Shown piece after piece: positions 8,030 through 15,078 of a stretch of DNA of 19,581 bases (within the stretch, counting starts at the first letter, position 1; each line of letters begins with the position of its first letter). The stretch is from a virus. The stretch lies in the UHGV virus genome UHGV-0096789; one strand, 5' to 3'. The translations under genes and the position numbers were made by a program. Below the pieces are notes generated by a model that worked only from the letters and a program-made list of their open reading frames with translations, searched no databases and was not told the origin of the DNA.

Positions 8030-8557
8030 TTAACGAAGTGCAAAAGGAGTTCGTTTTTTCAGGCGGGCGGCGATGTGTCTTTTCATGCTTTTCGTCACCT
8101 CCGTCCATTTCCTGTCTTCCGGCGCAGTAATACTCACGCGAACAGAAATATCATCCTCCACGGTGACTTTCAGCGTGGTGCGAGCTTCGTTCACCGAATG
8201 CAGCTCAAACGCAACAACAATATCAACCGGCTCAATACCCGACAGTGATTCAATCCATGTACGCACGGCCACATGGAAAATACCGTCTGCTGCGACAGGG
8301 ATTTGATTAACAGAACAGGCGCGAAAGTCATCCGCGTTCCGACAGGGCAGGCCTGTTTCCACATAAGGCCGCGACTCGCCGTGTTCGTGTTCGCGGTACA
8401 GTGACGGAAGTCCCAGCCAGTCCTCATAAAACCCGACCAGCCTGCGGGCCTCATCCCGTAAGATTTCAGCGGCCCGACAACGCTTTCTTTCCACATCCCG
8501 GTTGATGCAACACAAATCCTCAAAGTGTCCCACGGATCCTCCTTCTGTTGATGTCAT
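8030..8557 (-). CDS. Hypothetical protein, 175 aa (cargo gene, no family recognised)
   Basis: ORF 8030..8692; start taken at ATG 8557..8555 (MTSTEGGSVGHFEDL...) with AGGA upstream; the 45-aa upstream extension is Cys-rich and lacks an RBS. Confidence 0.55.
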   Translation of the reverse strand: MTSTEGGSVGHFEDLCCINRDVERKRCRAAEILRDEARRLVGFYEDWLGLPSLYREHEHGESRPYVETGLPCRNADDFRACSVNQIPVAADGIFHVAVRTWIESLSGIEPVDIVVAFELHSVNEARTTLKVTVEDDISVRVSITAPEDRKWTEVTKSMKRHIAARLKKRTPFALR

Positions 8558-8953
8558 CTGTATCCTGTCGCGCTCCTCAATGGCGCGGACTGCACCACAC
8601 ACCCAGAACAAGCCACAGGGTGCGAATGAGATCGCGCAATGCACATGATACCCCAACAAAAAACATCGCGTCAGGGGCGCAATCAGCCGCATTTCTGGCG
8701 ATTTCTGAGGATGCTTTCAGCCCCCAAATTGCGGGCTGTTCCCCCGGCACCTGCGCGCAACAAAAACGCGTTTTTTTGTGCACGCACGGATCCTTTACGG
8801 ATCCAGCCGCCACGCGGGCCGGAAGGGTAAAAAGTCGTTCAAAAAAATTGTGCAAATTTGTGCACTATCGTGCAGTGTGCATCGTGCTGTTTTCTGCGCA
8901 AAAAACGGATGGTAAATTTGTTCGTAGCAGGGAAATTTTAATGAGCGCAAGAC
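8558..8953. promoter_or_regulatory. Repeat-rich 396-bp divergent control region between orf175 and the membrane-protein gene
   Basis: Hairpin CAGCCC-N9-GGGCTG (8718-8738); palindrome AAAAACGCGTTTTT (8762-8775); direct repeat ACGGATCC x2 (8786-8793, 8797-8804); five GTGC(A) repeats at 7-10-bp spacing (8850-8887) including inverted half-sites GTGCA-N6-TGCAC. Confidence 0.45.
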
Positions 8954-9484
8954 ATGAAGAAAGATTCATATCCTTATTTGATTTGCATGACTGTTTCAGT
9001 GCTAGGGATTATTTTCCTCTTTTACTGGTGGAGGGCAGATATCTACAGGATTACATATCTTAATTCGCGTATATCCAATTATTACATCTTGTGTAGTATG
9101 GGTATGTCCTTTTTCTTCTCCTTGTTTCTGGTGAAGAGGGGGGGAGTGAAGCAAAGTGGCTGGAAAGGACTGTCGGCATACCTGAAGGTTTATGCTGGCT
9201 CTTGCATTCTTACAGGGATATTCCTGATTATCCCTCTTATGATGGTGACTTATTTTTTACCAGGAGTAACATCATCATATGTTGCACCGTATGAGTATAC
9301 ATCTGGTAGTTCAAGAAGCTGTTCCGGAGCGTTTGTTGATGATCCCGAACTGCATAAAAATATTCTTATTTGCTATCCGTATGGTAACTATGAATATGAC
9401 AATATTATCTATGTTGAAAAGAAAACTAATGCATTGGGCGTTGTTGTGACGTATGCACAGACTGCACGAGACGATGCTGAATAA
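8954..9484 (+). CDS. Small integral membrane protein (3 predicted TM helices plus ~70-aa soluble C-terminal domain), AT-rich cargo gene
   Basis: 176-aa ORF; hydrophobic segments YLICMTVSVLGIIFLFYWW, YYILCSMGMSFFFSLFLV, VYAGSCILTGIFLIIPLMMVTYFL; visibly much lower GC than flanking phage genes; only ORF on the plus strand in the cargo region. Confidence 0.65.
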   Translation: MKKDSYPYLICMTVSVLGIIFLFYWWRADIYRITYLNSRISNYYILCSMGMSFFFSLFLVKRGGVKQSGWKGLSAYLKVYAGSCILTGIFLIIPLMMVTYFLPGVTSSYVAPYEYTSGSSRSCSGAFVDDPELHKNILICYPYGNYEYDNIIYVEKKTNALGVVVTYAQTARDDAE

Positions 9485-9521
9485 GATACTACAGAGATAG
9501 TCCACTTTTTTGTTTATTTGT

Positions 9522-9552
9522 CGGGATAAAAACAAATTACCCCGACTCACCA
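9522..9552. repeat. Right copy of the imperfect ~30-bp direct repeat (CGGGATAAAAACAAATTACCCCGACTCACCA)
   Basis: Shares the exact 13-nt core CCCCGACTCACCA (9540-9552) and an A-rich upstream part with 7991-8021; lies between the convergent ends of the membrane-protein gene and orf127. Confidence 0.55.
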
Positions 9553-9574
9553 TGTATTAATCTTCCGCTTTAAG

Positions 9575-9958
9575 TTAGTATTTTAGTTGCGCTGTCCTGC
9601 TGTGCAGCAAAGCGGCGTGCTTTAATGCGTCCTGTGCTTTCTGGAATTTAAGTGCATAGTCTGTGGCGATTTTTTCCAGTTCAGCGATTCGGTTGTCTTT
9701 GGTTTCCAGCCAATCAAGTAGCGCCAATACTTCAGGATCCCCGACATCCAACACTGTTACGCGTGATTTTTCATAATGTTCGTCGGCAAGAGTTCGGCCA
9801 ATTTTGAAATCTCCATCATCACCATAACCGGAGCAGGCATAAACAACCTGTGCTCCAGATATTCGCTGAATTGACATTTCCTCGCCGCAAATAGGGCATT
9901 TCGGTACTGGCACAGGTGAATAACGTTCACGTAATGCCTGATAGTTGATCTCGCTCAT
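9575..9958 (-). CDS. Hypothetical protein, 127 aa, N-terminal Cys cluster (CPICG...ACSG, zinc-ribbon-like) and helical C-terminus
   Basis: ORF with AAGGAGAA RBS before ATG 9958; co-oriented directly downstream of parR; moderate GC. Confidence 0.6.
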   Translation of the reverse strand: MSEINYQALRERYSPVPVPKCPICGEEMSIQRISGAQVVYACSGYGDDGDFKIGRTLADEHYEKSRVTVLDVGDPEVLALLDWLETKDNRIAELEKIATDYALKFQKAQDALKHAALLHSRTAQLKY

Positions 9959-9995
9959 TAAGTCGTTCTCCTTGTTTATGTTCTGAGGTGGAGAG

Positions 9996-10013
9996 CAGGG
10001 CGAACTCGCCCTG
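9996..10013 (-). repeat. Perfect 8-bp-stem inverted repeat (CAGGGCGA-AC-TCGCCCTG) between parR and orf127
   Basis: Read directly at 9996-10013; no U-tract on either strand, so more likely an RNA-stability or processing hairpin than a canonical terminator. Confidence 0.5.
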
Positions 10014-10021
10014 ATGTTGTG

Positions 10022-10333
10022 TTATTCAGGAAATAACGCCCGGATATTTCCGGCCATCTGACTGGTTATCTGTGCGGTTGATACTGGCTGTGATGCGGGG
10101 CGTTCTGTCCTGGTTTGTGTCACTGATAACGCTTCATCATCAGCCCATGCAGCTAGTCGGTAAGCCTCTGCCGGATTCATTTTCAGAAGTGCCAGCCCGG
10201 CCAGAAAAGCCACGCGTTGGCCGCTTTTGCGGGCTTCTGGTGTAAGACTGTCCAGCCAGGCACACGCTTCGCTTTCGTTCTTGACTGCGGCTGGCTTCAG
10301 ATAGAAACTTATCCGCTTGGTTGATGTTGTCAT
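10022..10333 (-). CDS. parR: ParR-like partition adaptor / DNA-binding protein
   Basis: 103-aa ORF 4 nt downstream of parM; resembles remembered plasmid R1 ParR (ISFYLKPA vs IAFKLNPD; LDSLTPEARKSGQRVAFLAGLAL vs LDSIPQGERSRLNRAALTAGLAL; C-terminal IRALFPE vs LRSLFPKE). Confidence 0.7.
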   Translation of the reverse strand: MTTSTKRISFYLKPAAVKNESEACAWLDSLTPEARKSGQRVAFLAGLALLKMNPAEAYRLAAWADDEALSVTQTRTERPASQPVSTAQITSQMAGNIRALFPE

Positions 10334-10337
10334 TGGC

Positions 10338-11297
10338 TCACTCCCTGTTCATGTCATGGAGTCCATTAACCAGGGCAAACTGTGGCTCCGGTGTTGTGTG
10401 AATGTTTGCGTTGAGGCCGTAAGCGTCATGTACCGCCGGAGCCACAATCTCCGCCCCACCACCAACAACCATCACCCGACCGTACCCCGAAAAACCCGCC
10501 AGTGCGCGGATCACGCGTTGTTTCAGTGTTTCTTCCTTTTCACGAATAACCGCCATCAGGCTGGCGTAATGCGCGTCATTGTGGATGTGCTGGCGCAGCC
10601 AGGCTTCATCGTGGCGATGTTCGATAATGGTACTGGCGATGTGGTGGCTGGTACGCATACCGTTGGTGGCCATCACCGACAGCACGGCATCGGTCATCAG
10701 TGAAACGCCTACGTGTGGATCGCAAAATACCTGGCTGATACCTGCCAGTTGCCCCTGAACCTTTGCCACATCCAGCGTGGTACCGCCCAAATCCACAATC
10801 AGCAGGGATTCAAACGGACTCATGTCAGCCAGTGCCTTAAAGCCTGCCGGAATGGATTCAGGCATAACCCGCACGTTACGGATAGTGAATGCCTCACCGT
10901 TCTGGTACTCCACCGGGCGCATGACGTTCGCTTTTTTGCGGTTGATGTTGGTCATATCCGGCTGTGCGTTTGTGTCGAAATACTCGCTCAGTGGCAGGGT
11001 GACAACCACATCCACTTCCTGTGGCGTAATACCTGATTTGACCAGCGCATGATGAATGGCAATGACATTCACATCGCTGTACTGGTATTGCGTGTCGGTC
11101 GTCCGGACAAAGCGATCGCTGACCGGATCAAAACCATAGCGCACGCCATCAAGCATGTAGTTCGCGGGCTGCGTGCCACCGAACGGCGCAGACCATTCCG
11201 ACTTGAAGCTGTTCGGGCTGATGGCGTTGCGGCGTTCGCCGTTCTCAGTCCATGCCAGCTTGATGTTGGTGGAGCCGTCGTCGATACAAATTTTCAT
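10338..11297 (-). CDS. parM: ParM/StbA-family actin-like ATPase
   Basis: 319-aa ORF with actin-fold signatures shared with R1 ParM: MKICIDDGSTNIKLAW, ISPNSFK, QYSDVNVIAIHHAL, RKKAN, FTIRNVRVMPESIPAG, LLIVDLGGTTLD, GVSLMT, FSGYGRVMVVGGGAE, LVNG; AAGGAAAAG RBS. Confidence 0.9.
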   Translation of the reverse strand: MKICIDDGSTNIKLAWTENGERRNAISPNSFKSEWSAPFGGTQPANYMLDGVRYGFDPVSDRFVRTTDTQYQYSDVNVIAIHHALVKSGITPQEVDVVVTLPLSEYFDTNAQPDMTNINRKKANVMRPVEYQNGEAFTIRNVRVMPESIPAGFKALADMSPFESLLIVDLGGTTLDVAKVQGQLAGISQVFCDPHVGVSLMTDAVLSVMATNGMRTSHHIASTIIEHRHDEAWLRQHIHNDAHYASLMAVIREKEETLKQRVIRALAGFSGYGRVMVVGGGAEIVAPAVHDAYGLNANIHTTPEPQFALVNGLHDMNRE

Positions 11298-11328
11298 GTC
11301 GCTTTTCCTTATGTTGATTAATTAATCG

Positions 11329-11440
11329 TTTACGGGATTCTGAAATCCCGCTTTTGCCTGTTTTGTGCGCGCTTCATATATCGCGGCGCGTTTTTTGCTC
11401 ATTTACGGGATTTGTGAATCCCGTTTCTGTCTGTTTTTTG
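11329..11440. repeat. Two ~40-bp direct repeats, each a hairpin core (ACGGGATT-N4/5-AATCCCG) plus T-rich tail, spanning the A 3' end and the A-parM spacer
   Basis: R1 TTTACGGGATTCTGAAATCCCGCTTTTGCCTGTTTTGTG (11329-11367) and R2 TTTACGGGATTTGTGAATCCCGTTTCTGTCTGTTTTTTG (11402-11440); R2 lies inside the A reading frame, R1 between the A stop and parM start. Confidence 0.6.
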
Positions 11441-14214
11441 TTTCCACTGGTCAGGCCACCCCGCAGCAGGTCTGCTTTGCGGCGGGCGCGTTCAGTGGTT
11501 TCACTGATTCTCTGTGCGTGCTCTGCGTCGCGGATGGCGCGCAGCATGTCAGAAAGCACGGTAACGGGTGTTTTCATGGTGTTCTGGTCTTGCTGAAGTG
11601 TGGATGCCAGGCGTGCGGCGGCTTCAGGGTCTGATGCCCCCAGCTGTTCCAGATAGCTGGCGACCGGGTTATGGCGGATCTCCGTGCTGCTTACGCCGTG
11701 ATTACGGCTCAGGCGTTGCCAGAGTTGCGTGATTAGGCCGTCCGGGCGGGTATCCGGTTTGCGTACAATTTCAAATCCCTGCGGTGCAATGATGCTGCCG
11801 TCAACGTACAGACTGCCGCCCCGTAACAGGTGCTGCATCTGCTGTTCACCGATATGCAGGCCGAGAGATTCAGCAGACTCCCGCCATTCTTTAGCGAGTA
11901 ACTCGTGGTTATCAGGCAAAGGTCGCGGCTGTTTGCGGCTCTGTGTCCAGTTCTGCATTTCATCGCTGCTGTTTTTTGCCTGTTTGTCACGCAGCGAACG
12001 CATCAGCGCCCGGCGTTCGTGCCGTTTCAGTGAGCGCATCCATTCATTCACTTCAATGCCGTCAGGAATCTGCGGCCACGGTGCTGGCCGTTCTTCCGGC
12101 TGTTCTGTCCCGCTGTTGTCTGTTTCCTGTACACGGGGACAGTTATTGCCACGAGTCCAAGGGGCGGCAGGGCCGCCCTGAAGGTCAAAACCATTTTCGC
12201 GGGAGCTGTCTTCCGCTTCCGGTTTACGTCTTACCAGCTTCCAGTTATCCGGGTGTGTGCACACACGGGAGGATTCCCCGATGAGTGGTGACCAGATCCC
12301 GTAAATCTGTACACTCTGTTCGCCGTAATCGTTCAGCTCATCTGCGAGGTCGTAGGCGGTGCGAATCAGGTAGTCTTTACGTGGAACAAGTACGCCGCCC
12401 TGTTTCTCAATGTAGGTGGCAAAACATCCGGCATCAGCGGCAGCAAGAACCGCATCCATTGCGTCATCCTTCAGCTGTTGTGGGCCTTCCGGGTTGCGTG
12501 CCATCTGGCTGGCAAGGCGGCGCAGTTCACGCCACACCTGACGGGAGGGGATACCAAAGAACTGGAACTGGCGGACCCGGTGAAGGCGCGCCCAGCCGAT
12601 GGCGCGCTCCACGCTCTCGGCCATTGATTTTCCGGTTTCGTGGTCAACGCGTGGCTTGCCCGTTTTCGGGTCGATACCATCCACGGCGCGGCTGTCCAGG
12701 TTCTTTCCGATGTAGGTGGCGATGTAGCTGGTTGGCGTGCCTTTTGAGCCGTCGACGTACTCCGCTTTAAAACGCGGAGTGATGTCATCGCCCAGCTCGT
12801 GGCGGTCTTCCTGAATGGCAATATCGCAGACGTGGGACACGATGGTTTCAATCTCGTCCGGATGTGCAAAGACCATCATATGCCAGTGCACAGTGCCGTC
12901 ATGGTGAGGCTCCACCGTGCGGATGCCATACCAGCGAAGACCGTCGCGGTTCAGTTTTTTGCGGACCGCCGCAAAAAACGTGTTAACCAGGTAATCGCTG
13001 GAGTCGCGCATGGTGGCCCCGTTCCATTTGGGATTCGGATGACCGTTCTCCGTTGTTGCGTGGTATTTTGACGGGCAGGTGACAGTCAGAAACACCGCTC
13101 TGTCGCCACGGGCTTCGGCCAGAAGTTCCAGCCCCTTCATGGTGGCCATCATTTCTGCCTTACGGTGAACCGGGTTACTTACTCCCGCGTAATAAACCGT
13201 CTCGAGATCAATCGTGAACCCGTCTTCATTTTCCAGCATGAAACTTTTCAGGAAATCGCGAGTTTTCTCGCGCTGTGCGCGAAACTCGCTTAACGCGTCC
13301 TGGCTCAGATAGGGTGATGTTTTTCTGGAAACCAGACAGGCGGCGCGGAGTTGTTCTTCTCTCCACTCGCAACGTAACAGCCACAGTTTGCGTTTCCACC
13401 ATTCCGCACAGGTCAGGCGAAGGATTGCGCCTGGCAGCAGCTCCGTGTCCGGTTCGTTCCTCCGATCTCTATCTGTTGTCAGTGCGTCATAATGTGGAGG
13501 CATGGCGTGCAGGTGTAACGCCATGCGGGCCAGCATCTGATACGCCTTCAGCGTTACATCCATGGTCAGCTCGCCATCAGTCGCGCCAAAGCCATCGCAG
13601 AGTTTTTCGAAGGTGCTGCTGAACATCGCCGCCGTCATGGTGGCCAGCGTCTGTATCTGGTGCTTGTTAAGCTGCGGCAGGTACAGCAAATCATCCAGGC
13701 GTTCGCGTCCGGCAAGGGCGCGATAACCCCGTGTCAGCCAGCGGCTGTCGGTGCGGTCCAGACGTTCGAATATTTTGCGCAGGGTTCCGCGCGCGTAGCC
13801 CTCTGCTGGTCGACTCTTTTTGCCTTTCTGGCGGTCAGATTCCTGCTTCTTACGTAAAAAAGAGAGGCGGCGGCTCAGTGGTTCACGCAGATAAACAGGT
13901 AGTGCCTTTAGTGTGACAAATGCACGGGCCACCGGGTCTTGTTCTGTTGCCCGGCGCTTACTGATGATGCTCTGTGCCAGCTTTTCACGCTGTCCGGCTT
14001 CCTCAAGGGATGCCATGAGTTTTTTACCCATGGCGGATTGTGCGAAAAAGGCTTCCTCCTTCGCTTCCTGTTCTTCCCGTGCCTTTTTGTCCGCCTCAAG
14101 GTAGTAACGGATGGCGCGTTGCAGGTCGGTTTCAGTTTCCTGACTGCGCTCCGTAAATCTGGCCGGATCAATGGCTGGCCGTGGTTCATTCCAGCTCCAT
14201 GCAAACTCACTCAT
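11374..14214 (-). CDS. A: Replication initiation endonuclease (gpA-like rolling-circle initiator), with a long C-terminal extension
   Basis: ORF 11374..14241 (track starts at GTG); first ATG at 14214 overlaps the upstream gene stop (ATGA); conserved core FLTVTCPSKYH...YGIRTVEPHHDGTVHWHMMVF matches remembered P2 A; ~946 aa versus ~760 aa for P2 A. Confidence 0.85.
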   Translation of the reverse strand: MSEFAWSWNEPRPAIDPARFTERSQETETDLQRAIRYYLEADKKAREEQEAKEEAFFAQSAMGKKLMASLEEAGQREKLAQSIISKRRATEQDPVARAFVTLKALPVYLREPLSRRLSFLRKKQESDRQKGKKSRPAEGYARGTLRKIFERLDRTDSRWLTRGYRALAGRERLDDLLYLPQLNKHQIQTLATMTAAMFSSTFEKLCDGFGATDGELTMDVTLKAYQMLARMALHLHAMPPHYDALTTDRDRRNEPDTELLPGAILRLTCAEWWKRKLWLLRCEWREEQLRAACLVSRKTSPYLSQDALSEFRAQREKTRDFLKSFMLENEDGFTIDLETVYYAGVSNPVHRKAEMMATMKGLELLAEARGDRAVFLTVTCPSKYHATTENGHPNPKWNGATMRDSSDYLVNTFFAAVRKKLNRDGLRWYGIRTVEPHHDGTVHWHMMVFAHPDEIETIVSHVCDIAIQEDRHELGDDITPRFKAEYVDGSKGTPTSYIATYIGKNLDSRAVDGIDPKTGKPRVDHETGKSMAESVERAIGWARLHRVRQFQFFGIPSRQVWRELRRLASQMARNPEGPQQLKDDAMDAVLAAADAGCFATYIEKQGGVLVPRKDYLIRTAYDLADELNDYGEQSVQIYGIWSPLIGESSRVCTHPDNWKLVRRKPEAEDSSRENGFDLQGGPAAPWTRGNNCPRVQETDNSGTEQPEERPAPWPQIPDGIEVNEWMRSLKRHERRALMRSLRDKQAKNSSDEMQNWTQSRKQPRPLPDNHELLAKEWRESAESLGLHIGEQQMQHLLRGGSLYVDGSIIAPQGFEIVRKPDTRPDGLITQLWQRLSRNHGVSSTEIRHNPVASYLEQLGASDPEAAARLASTLQQDQNTMKTPVTVLSDMLRAIRDAEHAQRISETTERARRKADLLRGGLTSGNKKQTETGFTNPVNEQKTRRDI

Positions 14215-14600
14215 GGCTGGTATCCCGTCACGTGCTGCCACTCCTGCGAGAAGAGGGCGGAAAGGCGGTTAAATTCAGCGGTGTATTCACTCAGCGAGGC
14301 ACACCCGCCAGCAGTGTGATGCGCCAGCATTGCCGCAAATACGGAGGCCGGGGAGTCGTAATACGCCAGCAGTGATTCGCCGTGTGGTGTCAGGCAGTGC
14401 AACGCCAGCCCGTGTGGTGTGAAGTCCACGCGGTAGCAGTCGTCTACTGTGAAATAAAGGGTGTCCGCATTCTCCGGTTTTGTGGTGCGTGTTCTGTTGT
14501 CACGACCACGGATGTAGAGATCAAATAATCCCTGAAGAACGGGAGCCAGACGGGTGTCCTGTGTGCGCACCCATCTTGTGAAGTCATGAGCGTCAATCAT
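14211..14600 (-). CDS. Hypothetical early protein, 129 aa, translationally coupled to A
   Basis: ORF with stop overlapping the A start; AAAGAGAA upstream of ATG 14600; no family recognised. Confidence 0.5.
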   Translation of the reverse strand: MIDAHDFTRWVRTQDTRLAPVLQGLFDLYIRGRDNRTRTTKPENADTLYFTVDDCYRVDFTPHGLALHCLTPHGESLLAYYDSPASVFAAMLAHHTAGGCASLSEYTAEFNRLSALFSQEWQHVTGYQP

Positions 14601-14672
14601 GCTGCAATTCTCTTTACTACAGATGTGCGAAGGCCTCCCGCCGCAAGGTGCAGGAAAGGCCCGGAACAGGAA

Positions 14673-14903
14673 TTAATTGAGTTTGTTTTGCTGCTGGATG
14701 AGATCCTGAAGAGACAGGAGGTCTTCCGCCAGATAGCTGAATACAGCGGCGCAGTAGTCGGCTGAAATAGTGCTGTTGAGTCTGTGCAATGCGTTGGATT
14801 GCATGATAAAAGCGATGTGCGCAGCGCGGGTGAGTCTGCGGTTGATTTCAGTCTGGATGTGACGACGCGCAGCGTATGCGCGCTGTTGTTTGCGGTTTGC
14901 CAT
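14673..14903 (-). CDS. Hypothetical small basic helical protein, 76 aa
   Basis: ATG 14903 with AAGAGG 8 nt upstream; competes with overlapping 205-aa ORF 14597..15214, which looks like a GC-rich frame artefact. Confidence 0.4.
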   Translation of the reverse strand: MANRKQQRAYAARRHIQTEINRRLTRAAHIAFIMQSNALHRLNSTISADYCAAVFSYLAEDLLSLQDLIQQQNKLN

Positions 14904-15078
14904 GGTGTGGCCTCTTGTGTAGTAAGTTGTGAAAACTCACCATCCAGAGCTGCGAAACTGTGGGTGGCGAGACGTACGAGGTTCGCAGTACCGGCTACAC
15001 AAGAACCCGGCCCGACCGAAGTCGGCCCCGTACGCCCCGCCATAATTCTGGCGCGAAAAAAACGTGGCAATACAGTAC

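Noticed and set aside
8558-8692. N-terminal 45-aa extension of orf175 (ORF-track start at 8692)
   Set aside because: No RBS before that ATG, the extension is Cys-rich and hydrophobic, and a good AGGA-spaced ATG exists at 8557.
8548-9063. Plus-strand 171-aa ORF spanning the divergent control region and overlapping the membrane-protein gene
   Set aside because: Covers the repeat-rich non-coding region, is out of frame with the well-formed 8954 start, and has no RBS.
7964-11373. Homologs of P2 Old (AAA-ATPase/Toprim nuclease) or Tin in the cargo region
   Set aside because: No ORF of suitable length or motif content (no P-loop ATPase other than the actin-like ParM); the cargo is a different gene set.
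11729-13071. Plus-strand ORFs inside gene A (11729..12181, 11943..12284, 12285..12770, 12799..13071)
   Set aside because: Antisense to the conserved replication initiator; GC-rich frame artefacts.
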